64,000 bases of DNA from an uncultured Clostridia bacterium (GCA_944388605.1 CALXJJ010000005.1:5966-69965), one strand, 5' to 3'; counted from the first letter of the stretch, positions 20,292 through 31,055 are shown. Numbers and translations: made by a program. The notes: generated by a model from the sequence alone, not told the origin.

Positions 20292-21677
20292 ATGAAAAAT
20301 ATAATAGTGGATGATATTATAAGAGAATGCAATGGAAAATTAATTATTGGAAATAAACAAGAAAAATGTGAAAATTTTGTAATAGATTCAAGAATAATTA
20401 AAGAAGGAGATATTTATGTAGTAATAAATAGCGAAAAAAGAAATGGTAATATTTTTTGTGAAGAAGCACTAAAAAAAGGAGCAAAAGGTTGTATTGTAAA
20501 TATAAACGATTTTGAAGTAAAAAAGTTAAGAGAGTATGAAAAAAATGGAAAGTTTATAGTACAAGTAAAAGATACAATAGAAGCGGTACAAAAATTAAGT
20601 TCATATAAAAGAAATTTATATGATATTCCAGTTATAGCAATAACTGGAAGTGTTGGAAAAACTAGTACAAAAGATATGGTAGCTAGCGTAATAAGTCAAA
20701 AATATAATGTATTAAAAACAGAAGGAAATATGAATAATCACATAGGACTTCCTTTAACAATATTAAGATTAAAAAATCATGAAGCTTTATGTGTGGAAAT
20801 GGGAATGAACCATTTAAAAGAAATATCACTATTAACAAATATTGCAAAACCAACAATAGCAATTATTACTAATGTTGGTACATCACATATAGGAAATTTG
20901 GGATCAAGGGAAAATATATTAAAAGCAAAATTAGAAATATTAGAAGGATTAAAGGAAAATGGAACTTTAATTATAAATAATGATAATGATATGTTAAATA
21001 AGTGGAGCAAAAATGCTGGAATAAAGCAAAAAATAATTACATATGGAATTGAAACTAAAAGCGAAATTATGCCAATTAGCATAGAACAAAGTGAAAATAA
21101 TAGTATATTTAATATAGATAATTGCAAAATAGAAGTTCCAATTGGAGGGATACATTTTATATATAATGCATTATGTGCAATTTGTGTGGGGAAAATTTTA
21201 GATATACCAATAGAAAAAATCGCAAAAGGAATAAAGGAGTTTGAACTTACTAAAAATAGGATGGAGATAAGCAAATTAAAAAATGGAATTACTTTAATAA
21301 ATGATTGTTATAATGCAAATTATGATTCAATGAAAGCTGGATTAGACTATTTAGGAAATTTAAAAAATACTAGGAAAATAGCTGTATTAGGAGACATGTT
21401 AGAATTAGGCAAATTTTCTGAAGAATTACATATTAAAGTAGGAGAGCAAGTTATAAAAAACAATATAAATATATTAATAACAGTAGGCGAATTTTCTAAA
21501 ATGATAGCAGAAAAGAGTAAAGAAAAAATGTCTGAAGTATATATTTGTAATAATAATGAGCAGGCAATAAAAATATTATGTGATATAATGAAACCAAATG
21601 ATACTATATATTTAAAAGCTTCGCATTCAATGAATTTTAATGAAATAGGAGAAAAAATAAAAGATTATGAATCTTAA
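20292..21677 (+). CDS. murF: UDP-N-acetylmuramoyl-tripeptide--D-alanyl-D-alanine ligase
   Basis: Mur ligase P-loop GSVGKTSTKDM. Confidence 0.85.
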   Translation: MKNIIVDDIIRECNGKLIIGNKQEKCENFVIDSRIIKEGDIYVVINSEKRNGNIFCEEALKKGAKGCIVNINDFEVKKLREYEKNGKFIVQVKDTIEAVQKLSSYKRNLYDIPVIAITGSVGKTSTKDMVASVISQKYNVLKTEGNMNNHIGLPLTILRLKNHEALCVEMGMNHLKEISLLTNIAKPTIAIITNVGTSHIGNLGSRENILKAKLEILEGLKENGTLIINNDNDMLNKWSKNAGIKQKIITYGIETKSEIMPISIEQSENNSIFNIDNCKIEVPIGGIHFIYNALCAICVGKILDIPIEKIAKGIKEFELTKNRMEISKLKNGITLINDCYNANYDSMKAGLDYLGNLKNTRKIAVLGDMLELGKFSEELHIKVGEQVIKNNINILITVGEFSKMIAEKSKEKMSEVYICNNNEQAIKILCDIMKPNDTIYLKASHSMNFNEIGEKIKDYES

Positions 21678-21769
21678 ATGTTGTAAAAAAGTGAAATACA
21701 GAATTTATTTCAATCAGTTAGTATATATCCAAGCTATGAGAAAACATTAGAATAAAACATAATGCTTTA

Positions 21770-22052
21770 TTGTATAAAAGTCGCTAGTCGCTACGTTCTA
21801 AGATTGCAGTCAAATTTCTTTCATAAAATTGACATATGAACAAATTAGTAGAAAATTAAATAGGAAAATATTAATGTTTTCAGATTTGTTCTACAATAGG
21901 AAAGTTATCCTTTCCTATTGTATCAAAGTCGCTACGCTCTAACGACTGCATACAATTTTGACTTCGTAAAATTGGCTTAGGAACAAATTTACTAAAAAGC
22001 TAATGAGGAAAGATAAAATTAATATAAATTTTAAGGCTTTCAGATTTGTTCT
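21770..22052 (+). repeat. Intergenic repeat family, copy B (degenerate half-copy plus full copy in tandem)
   Basis: Degenerate copy at 21770-21892 (GTCGCTACGTTCTAAGATTGCAGTC...CAGATTTGTTCT). Full hairpin-plus-body copy at 21893-22052. Confidence 0.8.
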
Positions 22053-22110
22053 TAATATACTATATGTTAAATTATATGAAAATAGATAGTAAGAAAGGAA
22101 TGATATAAAA

Positions 22111-22680
22111 ATGGTAGACATAGAAGTTGTAAAAAACGAAATCAAAAATAGATTATCAGAAGATAGATATATACATTCTTTAGGAGTAATGGAAGAATGT
22201 GAAAAATTAGCAAAATTGTACAATGTAAATGAAGAAGAAGCTCGATTAGTTGGGATAAGTCACGATATAGCAAAAGAAATGAAACTAGAGGAGTATTTGG
22301 AATATGCAACGCAAAATAAAATACAAATAGATAGGATAGAAATAGAAATACCAAGTATTTTACATGGAAAGATAGGTGCAGATATAGTCAAAAAGAAATA
22401 TAATTTTACAGAGGAAATGTGTAAAGCAATCTGTTATCATACTACAGGGGTAGAAAACATGTCTAATTTAGCAAAAATATTATATGTTTCAGATAAAATA
22501 GAAAAAAATAGAAAAGAAGAAAATTATAATATTGAAAGAGCAAGAAAATTAGCAGAAGAAGATATTAATAAAGCAATAATATTTTTATTAGAAGAAGGAA
22601 TAAAATTAAATATTGATAGAAAAAAATTACTTCATCCTAATAGCATATTAGCAAGAAATTATTTAATAAAAGAAATATAA
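22111..22680 (+). CDS. HD-domain bis(5'-nucleosyl)-tetraphosphatase YqeK-like
   Basis: HD motif (HSLGV...HDIAK). 189 aa. Confidence 0.7.
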   Translation: MVDIEVVKNEIKNRLSEDRYIHSLGVMEECEKLAKLYNVNEEEARLVGISHDIAKEMKLEEYLEYATQNKIQIDRIEIEIPSILHGKIGADIVKKKYNFTEEMCKAICYHTTGVENMSNLAKILYVSDKIEKNRKEENYNIERARKLAEEDINKAIIFLLEEGIKLNIDRKKLLHPNSILARNYLIKEI

Positions 22681-22744
22681 AACTATTTAAAATCATAGTT
22701 ATATGTGATATAATATTACCACCATTAAATGGGAGGATGTTGAA

Positions 22745-23647
22745 ATGTTATTTAAAGACTACTATAAAATATTGGGATTGGAAGATAATAAAGCAACAAA
22801 AGAAGAAATAAAAACAGCTTTTAGAGAACAAGCAAAAAAATATCATCCAGATGTAAATGTAGAAGATAAAATTGCAGAAGAGAAATTTAAAGATATAAAC
22901 GAAGCTTATAAAGTATTAGAAAATATTAATACAAGAAAAAAATATGATAGGGCTTGGAATGCTAATATAGGGAAAAAAAGAGAAAAAGAGCAAAATAAAA
23001 AAGACGAGATGTTTACAGATTTATTTAGTATATTCGTTGGTCCAAGAAAAAGGAAAAATATAAATATGATAGAAAAAAAGAAGCAAGCAATGAGGGGAGA
23101 AGATATCGAAACAGAAATAAAAGTAGGAATTGAAGAGGCTTTTTATGGAACAGAAAAGAAGATATCATTAAGAGCAGTAAATGGGAAAATGAAAACTTTT
23201 ACAATAAAAATTCCAGCAGGAATAAGAGATAATGAAAAAGTACGTTTATTAGAACAAGGAAAACCAGGAACAAATGGAGGAAGAGCTGGAGATTTATTAA
23301 TAAAAATACAAATTCAAGATTCAAATATTTATAAATTAGTAGGTTATGATATACATACAGATTTACTATTATCACCATGGGAAGCAGCACTAGGAACAAA
23401 AGTACCAGTTCAAACAATAGATGACACTATTACAATATATGTGCCTAAAGGAATTGAAAGTGGAGAAAAAGTAAGAATACCAGGCAAAGGATATAAAGAT
23501 GGTAGAGGAGGAAGAGGAGACTTAGTTACCACTGTAAAAATTATGGTACCTAAGAATATGTCTGAAGAAGAAGTTAAACTTTTTCAAAAGCTGAATGAAA
23601 TATCTAAGTTTCAACCAAGAAAACAATATATTGTTAACATAAATTAA
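22745..23647 (+). CDS. J-domain protein, CbpA-like (J domain plus DnaJ C-terminal domains, no zinc finger)
   Basis: YYKILGL...KYHPD J-domain motif. No CxxCxGxG repeats. Confidence 0.75.
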   Translation: MLFKDYYKILGLEDNKATKEEIKTAFREQAKKYHPDVNVEDKIAEEKFKDINEAYKVLENINTRKKYDRAWNANIGKKREKEQNKKDEMFTDLFSIFVGPRKRKNINMIEKKKQAMRGEDIETEIKVGIEEAFYGTEKKISLRAVNGKMKTFTIKIPAGIRDNEKVRLLEQGKPGTNGGRAGDLLIKIQIQDSNIYKLVGYDIHTDLLLSPWEAALGTKVPVQTIDDTITIYVPKGIESGEKVRIPGKGYKDGRGGRGDLVTTVKIMVPKNMSEEEVKLFQKLNEISKFQPRKQYIVNIN

Positions 23648-23656
23648 AGAATAATA

Positions 23657-23685
23657 TTGACATAATTTCAAAAAAATAGTATAAT
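23657..23685 (+). promoter_or_regulatory. Consensus sigma-A promoter (TTGACA, 17 nt spacer, TATAAT)
   Basis: Both hexamers are perfect, about 65 nt upstream of the 23752 ORF. Confidence 0.65.
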
Positions 23686-23751
23686 AAATGCTAGTGTTAC
23701 AAGAGACAAAATATGTGAATATTATTCATATAGATAAAGGGGTGGAATTAT

Positions 23752-24276
23752 ATGGAATATATACAAGGAAAACATTTTAGTATAACAGACCCACAAGGAG
23801 TAAATACAATAATATATAGAATTAACAAAACAGAAAAAGAATATTTAAAAGACTTTCCGAAATATACAGTAGAAAGATTAGAATATGCAGAGGAACTAAA
23901 AGGTGATTTGAAAAAGAAAACCTTTTTTATAGATGAGCCCTCTGATACAGGAGAAGACCTAGTATTTTTATCTTTTGGAAAAGAAAAAGTAGTTGTAAAT
24001 ATGGGTGAATTGGAAAATAATAAGATAAAAATATCTAAAAAACCAATACCCGTAAAGTTTAATACATTATATTCAGAAAAAGAAACAGAATATAAAGAAT
24101 TTAAATACACTCCTAATTTAAAAAGACCAATAACAATAATAGACCCAGAAACAACAGAAGAAATAAAGCCAGTTCTTTATTTAGATGAAAATACAAATGA
24201 GGTGAAGGGAAAGTGTAAATTAAAACCATATAAATCATATTTTTCATTTGAGATTAAAGACAATAGTGATCAATAA
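23752..24276 (+). CDS. Hypothetical protein (174 aa, soluble, K/E-rich)
   Basis: GGGGTGG RBS. First gene of a 3-gene operon. No family recognised. Confidence 0.55.
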   Translation: MEYIQGKHFSITDPQGVNTIIYRINKTEKEYLKDFPKYTVERLEYAEELKGDLKKKTFFIDEPSDTGEDLVFLSFGKEKVVVNMGELENNKIKISKKPIPVKFNTLYSEKETEYKEFKYTPNLKRPITIIDPETTEEIKPVLYLDENTNEVKGKCKLKPYKSYFSFEIKDNSDQ

Positions 24277-24290
24277 AAGGAGGATTATAG

Positions 24291-24590
24291 ATGAGTCAAA
24301 CAAATGTAGATTCAAAAAAGCCTACAATATCAGTAGTAATGTTTGGAACAGAAAAAGAAAATGATAGGTATATAGTAGAAACAAATGATAACATGTCATC
24401 AGAACAAATAACTAATATAGAACCTATAATTCAATTGGATAAAAACATATTAAGCATATTAAGTAAAGATGATATTTTACATACTGATAATGGTGAAATT
24501 AAAATGAAAAGCGGAGCATTTAAGAGAATAGAAGAAAAAAGACAAGAAAGACATGCTTCAAATAAAATACAATCAGATAAATCAAGATAA
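24291..24590 (+). CDS. Hypothetical protein (99 aa)
   Basis: AAAGGAGG RBS. Second gene of the operon. Confidence 0.55.
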   Translation: MSQTNVDSKKPTISVVMFGTEKENDRYIVETNDNMSSEQITNIEPIIQLDKNILSILSKDDILHTDNGEIKMKSGAFKRIEEKRQERHASNKIQSDKSR

Positions 24591-24612
24591 AACTTAGAAA
24601 AAGGTGAAAACC

Positions 24613-26586
24613 ATGAAAGATAGATTAAAAAGAACTCTAAAAAAAAATAGGACAAGTTTTATAATTATATTAGTACTATGGGTTATAATATCCATAGTAC
24701 TTGTTGCGCCTATTGCATATGCAATAGGTAAATCACAAGTAAATGGAGTTTTTAATCCAAATACATTTATACAAGAGCTATTCCCAGCAATAACTAGTTT
24801 TACATCGATAGGAAAAATTTTTAGTGAAGGATATTTAAGTATATATGGTTCTGTATTATTATATTTTACAATAATATTTATTATATTATCAGCAATAGGA
24901 CTATATAAATCGAGAATTAAAAGTGATTATACAGATATTGAACACGGATCAAGTGATTGGAGTGAAAATGGAGAACAATATCAAATTTTAAGTAGAAATA
25001 AAGGAATTATATTAGCACAAAATAATTATTTGCCCATAGATAAAAGGGGAAATATAAATACTTTAATTGTCGGAGGATCAGGATCAGGTAAATCAGCATC
25101 ATATTCAATACCAAATGCATATCAAATGCTAGGTTCATATGTTTTTACAGATCCTAAAGGAGAGCTTTATGATAAAACAGCAGGTTATTTACAATCACAT
25201 GGATATGAAATTAAAGTATTAAATCTAGTTAATCCTGCAAATAGTGATGGATATAATCCTCTTATGCATATTGCTAGTGAACTAGACGTAGACGTTATTG
25301 CAAATACAATAGTAAAAGGTCAAAAATCAGACAGTTCATCAGATCCATATTGGGATGATATGGCTGAAATGTTATTAAAAGCATTAATATATTATCTTTT
25401 AGCAACAAGACCAGAAGAAGAACAGAATTTAGCTAGTTGTTCTGAACTAGTAAGAGCTGCAAATAGTAATGGAGGAAATAATCTATTAACAGAATTAATT
25501 AACCAATTACCATATGATCATCCAGCAAGAATGTATTATAAATCAATAGAAATAGCACCAGAAAAAACATATGGTTCAATTTTAAGTTCATTACAATCTA
25601 AATTAGGTAAATTTGATTCAAAAGAAATAGCAGAAGTAACATCTACAGATACAATAAATTTTGAGGAAATAGGAACAAAGAAAACAGCAGTATATGTAAT
25701 TTCTTCAGATACACATACTGCATATGATTTCTTACTTACTATATTCTTTTCACAAATGATACAGCAATTATATAATTTTGCCGATGAAAATGGAGGAAGA
25801 TTAAAAACACCAGTATTTTTCATATTAGATGAGTTTGCTAACATAGGAAAAATACCAGATTTCGATAAAAAAATATCTACATCAAGAAGTAGAGGTATAC
25901 AATTTAGTGTAATATTACAAAATTTAGATCAGTTAGAAGCAGTTTATGAAAAGTCATATGAGACAATAATGGGAAATTGTGATACACATGTTTTTTTAGG
26001 TAGTAATTCATTTAAAACAGTAGAATATTTTTCAAAAACATTAGGAGAAAAAACTATCTCAAGAGCAAGTACATCAATAAATAGGGATAAACAATACCAT
26101 AGGCAAGGAGTAAGTGATTCAGAGCAAATAATGGGAAGGGCACTAATGACTCCTGATGAATTAAGAAGAATGGATAATGATTTATGTATTATATTTGTTA
26201 AAGGAATAAAGCCAGTAAAAGCAAAAAAATACTATTATTTTGAATCAAGTATGGCAAAAAAACTGGAGGAACATACCCTTAATCATAATAGCTTTGATGC
26301 AGGAAATAGAGGGGTATGGAGGAAGTATAATCCATATAATCCATGGGTACCAGAAGAAAAAGAAGTAAAACAACAAGATTTAAAAATTGAATCATTAGAT
26401 GACTTGTTTGAAGATTTAGATGAGAAAGAAGAAAAAAATGAAATAAATATAAAAGAAGATAGTAAAAAAACTAATAATCTTAAAACTGAAGAAGCTCCAG
26501 TATTACCTGGAACAGAAGAAGAATTAGATATACAAAAAGAATTAGAAGCAAAATTTGATGAATTATTTGGATCAGAAAATAATTAA
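24613..26586 (+). CDS. VirD4/TraG/TraD-family coupling-protein-like ATPase (2 N-terminal TM helices)
   Basis: Walker A GGSGSGKS and Walker B FFILDEFANIG. TraG-D_C-like C-terminal region. No relaxase or T4SS genes nearby. Confidence 0.7.
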   Translation: MKDRLKRTLKKNRTSFIIILVLWVIISIVLVAPIAYAIGKSQVNGVFNPNTFIQELFPAITSFTSIGKIFSEGYLSIYGSVLLYFTIIFIILSAIGLYKSRIKSDYTDIEHGSSDWSENGEQYQILSRNKGIILAQNNYLPIDKRGNINTLIVGGSGSGKSASYSIPNAYQMLGSYVFTDPKGELYDKTAGYLQSHGYEIKVLNLVNPANSDGYNPLMHIASELDVDVIANTIVKGQKSDSSSDPYWDDMAEMLLKALIYYLLATRPEEEQNLASCSELVRAANSNGGNNLLTELINQLPYDHPARMYYKSIEIAPEKTYGSILSSLQSKLGKFDSKEIAEVTSTDTINFEEIGTKKTAVYVISSDTHTAYDFLLTIFFSQMIQQLYNFADENGGRLKTPVFFILDEFANIGKIPDFDKKISTSRSRGIQFSVILQNLDQLEAVYEKSYETIMGNCDTHVFLGSNSFKTVEYFSKTLGEKTISRASTSINRDKQYHRQGVSDSEQIMGRALMTPDELRRMDNDLCIIFVKGIKPVKAKKYYYFESSMAKKLEEHTLNHNSFDAGNRGVWRKYNPYNPWVPEEKEVKQQDLKIESLDDLFEDLDEKEEKNEINIKEDSKKTNNLKTEEAPVLPGTEEELDIQKELEAKFDELFGSENN

Positions 26587-26600
26587 ATAAGTAAAAACAA

Positions 26601-26650
26601 AAACGAAGCTTATTAATAATAAATAATTGTTAATAAGCTTCGTTTGTTTT
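26601..26650 (+). terminator. Rho-independent terminator after the VirD4-like gene
   Basis: AAACGAAGCTTATTAA...TTAATAAGCTTCGTTT hairpin followed by a T-run. Confidence 0.65.
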
Positions 26651-26651
26651 T

Positions 26652-26808
26652 ATACAATAGGAAATGATATGAAACTTTGAGTTGCGTAACTTAAAGTTTC
26701 ATATCATTTCCTATTGTATAAAAAGGATTACACATAAATTTACTAAAAAGAAAAAGATAGAAGTTTTAAGTTTTAATTAGTATAATTTTAAAATTTTCAG
26801 ATTTGCTA
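26652..26808 (+). repeat. Intergenic repeat family, copy C (variant with enlarged hairpin and degenerate body)
   Basis: TACAATAGGAAATGATATGAAACTTTGAG...CTTAAAGTTTCATATCATTTCCTATTGTA, then ...AAATTTACTAAAAAG...TTTTCAGATTTGCT. Confidence 0.65.
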
Positions 26809-26914
26809 TAGATACAATCCAAACCATAAAAACAAAACAAAAGTTTGCAAAAGCTGTTGACTTTAACAGTATATGTGTGATATAAAATTATACAAAGGAG
26901 GCAGAGTACAACAA

Positions 26915-27970
26915 ATGAAAATATTGCATTTAGCAGATATGCATTTTGATAGTCCTTTTTCTATGTTAGATGATATTTTAAACATTGGTATAGAAAGAAG
27001 AATTGATCAGAGAAATGCATTAAAAAAAGTAATAGAATATGTAAAATTAGAAAAAATAAAATATTTGTTAATAGCAGGAGATTTATATGAGCATGAGTAC
27101 ATAAGAGAAAGTACAATAGAATTTATAAATAAATTATTTATTGAGATCCCAGGAACAAGAGTTTTTATCTCTCCAGGAAACCATGACCCATTTTTAAGAG
27201 AATCATATTATAGTAATTATAAATGGAGTGAAAATGTACATATATTTTCTAACAATTTAGAGGTGATAGAAACACAAGAAGCTGATATTTATGGAATTGG
27301 ATTTACAGACTTTTATGAAGAGGAATTAGATGTAGAAAAAATAAATATTAAAAATAAAGAAAAAATAAATATATTATTGTTACACGCAGATTTAAACGGA
27401 AATAGTAAATATAGACCTGTGTCTTATAATAAAATAAATAATTTGGGATTTGATTATGTTGCATTAGGGCATATACATAAAACAAATTATTTACAAAGTA
27501 AAAATATAATATATCCGGGTTCTGCAATTTCATTGGGATTTGATGAATTGGGAGAACACGGAATGATTATGGCAGATATTGAGAAAGGTATAGTAAATAA
27601 AAAATTTATAAAATTAGATGAAAAGGAATTTATTGAATACAATTTAGATATAAGTGAAATTAATTCTATAGAAGAATTAGTAGAAAGAATAAATGAGATA
27701 AAAATAAACGAAAATAATAAAATAATTAAATTAATATTTAAAGGAATAAAAAATTTTAATATTAATTTGAATGAAATTGAAAGATTAATAACGAATAAAC
27801 AAATAATAAAAATAAAAGATGATACAAAAATAAATATTAATATAGAAAAAATAAAAAACGAAAATACATTAAAAGGATTATTTATTAAACAAGTATTAAA
27901 TGAAATACAAGATGAAAAAATAAAAAACAAAATAATAGAAATAGGATTAAAAAGTTTTGAAAAAAAATAA
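26915..27970 (+). CDS. Mre11/SbcD-like metallophosphoesterase (YhaO-like)
   Basis: Calcineurin-like motifs (HLADMHFD, GDLYE, GNHD). Start taken at MKILHL after a GGAGG RBS. Confidence 0.7.
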   Translation: MKILHLADMHFDSPFSMLDDILNIGIERRIDQRNALKKVIEYVKLEKIKYLLIAGDLYEHEYIRESTIEFINKLFIEIPGTRVFISPGNHDPFLRESYYSNYKWSENVHIFSNNLEVIETQEADIYGIGFTDFYEEELDVEKINIKNKEKINILLLHADLNGNSKYRPVSYNKINNLGFDYVALGHIHKTNYLQSKNIIYPGSAISLGFDELGEHGMIMADIEKGIVNKKFIKLDEKEFIEYNLDISEINSIEELVERINEIKINENNKIIKLIFKGIKNFNINLNEIERLITNKQIIKIKDDTKININIEKIKNENTLKGLFIKQVLNEIQDEKIKNKIIEIGLKSFEKK

Positions 27971-27994
27971 ATTAAAATAAATAAAGGTGAAAAA

Positions 27995-29917
27995 ATGAAA
28001 ATTAAAAAAATAAAAATAAATTCGTTCGGAAAATTAAAAAATAAAGAAATTAATTTTAATAAAAAAATAAATATTATTTATGGTGAAAATGAAAAAGGAA
28101 AATCTACTTTATTAAAATACATTATTTCTATTTTTTATGGATTATCAAAAAATAAAAGAGGAAAAGAAATATCTGAATATGAAAAATATATTCCTTGGGA
28201 CGGAGGAGATTTTTCAGGAAAAATAGAATATGAATTAAATAGTGGTGAACAATATGAAATATATAGAAGTTTCCATAATAGGGAAATTAGAGTATATAAT
28301 GACATGAAAGAAGAAATAACAAATCAGTATCAAATTGACAAAAATAGTGGAGTAAAGTTTTTTGAAGAGCAAACAAAAATAGATGAAGAAATGTTTAAAA
28401 ATGCTTTAGTAAGTTTGCAAGGTCATGTAACAATAGATTCACAAGTACAAAATAATTTAATGCAAAAGATTGCAAATCTTTCGGATAGTGGACAAGATGA
28501 TATTAGCTTTAATAAAGTAATAGACAATTTAAATAAAATGCAAAATGAAGAAATAGGAACATTAAGAACAAAAGATAGGCCATATAATAAAGTATTAGAG
28601 AAATTAGAAAAAGCACAAATTGACTTAAAGACAATAGAAATAAATGAAAATAGATTAGAAGAAATAAGAATAGAAAAAGAGAAAATTTATGAAGAAAATA
28701 ATGGCGAAACAGTTGTCAATAATATAATTATGGAAACCAAAAGGATAGAAGAAAAAAAATCAGAAGTAGAGAAAAAAAATAATTTTATAAAAAAAATAAT
28801 AGATGAGAATAAAATAAAAATAAAAAATCTAGAAAATGAAAGAGAAAAAATAATAAAAGATTATGAAAAAAATAAAAATAAAAAAGAAATAAAAAAAATA
28901 AATAAAATTAATTATTTAATTATTTTTTTTATTTTAATAATAATAAATATTGTTCAATTAATTTTTTTAAAAAATAAAATAATAAATTATTTATTATTAT
29001 TTTTAATTCCAATTTTTTTATTAATATATTTTATTAAAATAAAAAATAATAAAAAACAAACAAAAATAAATAAAAAAATAGAAAATGAACAAAAAAATAA
29101 ATTAGAAAATAATATAAATATTTTAAATAGTAAAATGGAATTATTAAAACAAAATAATAAGGAAAATAAAATTAAAATAGAAAAAAGCAGAGAGGAAATT
29201 GAAAAAATAATAGAAATAGAAAGAGAAAATATAATAAAAAGATATATTAACAAATTAAGTTTAAATAAAATAAATGAAATATTAGATATTGAAAATTTGG
29301 AAAATAAATTAATTAAAAATAATAATAAAATAAATAACAATAAAATTAAAATTAAAGAATTAGAAATAGAAGAAAAAAATATAAAAAATAAAATAGATGA
29401 GAAAATTAATTTAATAGAAAAAATAGAAAAATTAAAAAATATAAAATGTGAATTAGAAGAAAAAAATAAAATATATGAAGAAACAAAAGAATTAATGAAA
29501 AGTGCATATGAAAAGATGAAAAAAAATATAACTCCTAAATTTGTAGATAATTTATCACAAGCAATAAATAAAATATCAAATGGAAAATATAAAAATATTT
29601 CGATAAGTACAGAAAAAGGAATAATTGTTGAAAATGAAAATGGAAAATATATTCCAGTCAGTTTATTAAGTATGGGTACAATAGATGAATTATATTTATC
29701 ATTAAGAATTTCTATGATAGAAGAATCATCAAATGAAAGTATGCCAATTATATTAGATGAAGCATTTGCATATTTTGATGATGAAAGATTAGAAAAAACG
29801 CTAGAATATTTAATAAATTATTCAGATAAACATCAAATAATTTTATTTACATGTACAGATAGAGAAAAGAAAATCTTAGATAAAAAAAATACAGAGTACG
29901 AAATGATAAAAATATAA
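27995..29917 (+). CDS. SbcC/Rad50-like AAA ATPase (YhaN-like) with a central predicted TM hairpin
   Basis: N-terminal Walker A (GENEKGKST). C-terminal signature and D-loop region (LSMGTIDELYLSLRI...ILDEAFAYFD). K/N-rich coiled coil. Two hydrophobic helices mid-protein. Confidence 0.65.
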   Translation: MKIKKIKINSFGKLKNKEINFNKKINIIYGENEKGKSTLLKYIISIFYGLSKNKRGKEISEYEKYIPWDGGDFSGKIEYELNSGEQYEIYRSFHNREIRVYNDMKEEITNQYQIDKNSGVKFFEEQTKIDEEMFKNALVSLQGHVTIDSQVQNNLMQKIANLSDSGQDDISFNKVIDNLNKMQNEEIGTLRTKDRPYNKVLEKLEKAQIDLKTIEINENRLEEIRIEKEKIYEENNGETVVNNIIMETKRIEEKKSEVEKKNNFIKKIIDENKIKIKNLENEREKIIKDYEKNKNKKEIKKINKINYLIIFFILIIINIVQLIFLKNKIINYLLLFLIPIFLLIYFIKIKNNKKQTKINKKIENEQKNKLENNINILNSKMELLKQNNKENKIKIEKSREEIEKIIEIERENIIKRYINKLSLNKINEILDIENLENKLIKNNNKINNNKIKIKELEIEEKNIKNKIDEKINLIEKIEKLKNIKCELEEKNKIYEETKELMKSAYEKMKKNITPKFVDNLSQAINKISNGKYKNISISTEKGIIVENENGKYIPVSLLSMGTIDELYLSLRISMIEESSNESMPIILDEAFAYFDDERLEKTLEYLINYSDKHQIILFTCTDREKKILDKKNTEYEMIKI

Positions 29918-29990
29918 TAATTGAAAAAAAACAATATTTGTGATAAAATAGATAAGAAATTTTGTAAAATATAAATTAAGGAGAATGATT

Positions 29991-31055
29991 ATGTTTCAAA
30001 AATTAGAAGGTGTAGAAAAACGTTATGAAGAAATAACAAAAAAAATAAGTGATCCAGAAATTATTGCAAAGCATAATGAGTGGAAAGATTTAATGAAAGA
30101 GCATAGTGATTTAGAACCAATTGTATTAAAATATAGAGAATATAAAAATGTAAAAAAAGACTATGAAGATGCAAAAGAAATGATGGAAGATAAAGAGATG
30201 AAAGAGTTAGCTGAAGAAACTATGTTAGAAGCAAAAGAAAAATTACCTAAAATAGAAGAAGAATTGAAAATACTTTTAATTCCTAAAGACCCAGATGATG
30301 AAAAAAACGTGATTTGTGAAATAAGAGCAGGAACAGGAGGAGAAGAAGCAGCTTTATTTGCAGGAACATTGTTTAGAATGTATTCAATGTATGCAGAAAG
30401 AAAACATTGGAAATTGGAAGTGTTAAATGAAAACCCTACGGAACTGGGCGGTTACAAAGAAATATCATTTATGATAACAGGAAAAGGTGCATATAGTAGA
30501 CTCAAATTTGAAAGTGGTGCACATAGGGTTCAAAGAGTTCCAGAAACAGAAAGTAGTGGAAGAATACATACTTCTGCTGCAACAGTAGCTGTTCTTCCAG
30601 AAGCAGAAGATGTTCAAATAGATATAAACCCAGCAGATATAAAAATGGAAGTATTTAGAGCATCAGGAGCAGGTGGACAACATATTAATAAAACATCATC
30701 AGCAGTAAGACTTATACATATTCCTACAGGAATGGTAGCAGAATGTCAAACAGAAAGATCACAAGTACAAAATAGAGAATATGCTATGAAACTATTACGT
30801 TCAAGATTATATGAAGAAGAAAAATCTAAAAAAGATGCAGAATATGCTAATAAAAGGAAAACACAAGTAGGATCAGGAGATAGAAGTGAAAAAATAAGAA
30901 CATATAATTATCCACAAGGAAGAATTACAGATCATAGAATAGGAATGAGTATTTATCAAATGGAAGATTTTCTAAATGGGAACTTAGATGAAATGATAGA
31001 TAATTTAATAGCAGCAGATACTGCAGAAAAATTAAAAGGTAATGAAGAGGATTGA
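29991..31055 (+). CDS. prfA: Peptide chain release factor 1
   Basis: GGQ motif ([11 protein letters not shown]) and PxT-like recognition region. Start taken at MFQKLEG. Confidence 0.9.
   Translation: MFQKLEGVEKRYEEITKKISDPEIIAKHNEWKDLMKEHSDLEPIVLKYREYKNVKKDYEDAKEMMEDKEMKELAEETMLEAKEKLPKIEEELKILLIPKDPDDEKNVICEIRAGTGGEEAALFAGTLFRMYSMYAERKHWKLEVLNENPTELGGYKEISFMITGKGAYSRLKFESGAHRVQRVPETESSGRIHTSAATVAVLPEAEDVQIDINPADIKMEVFRASGAGGQHINKTSSAVRLIHIPTGMVAECQTERSQVQNREYAMKLLRSRLYEEEKSKKDAEYANKRKTQVGSGDRSEKIRTYNYPQGRITDHRIGMSIYQMEDFLNGNLDEMIDNLIAADTAEKLKGNEED

Noticed and set aside
26873-26914. Longer N-terminal extension of the yhaO-like gene (MCDIKLYKGGRVQQ)
   Set aside because: The extension would place the GGAGG RBS inside the coding sequence. 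The conserved MKILHLADMHFD start at 26915 is preferred.
28700-29500. Extremely K/N/I-rich low-complexity stretch that looks like non-coding AT-rich repeat DNA
   Set aside because: It stays in frame within the yhaN-like ORF and lies between recognisable SbcC head motifs. It is treated as a coiled-coil and TM region, not a separate repeat element.
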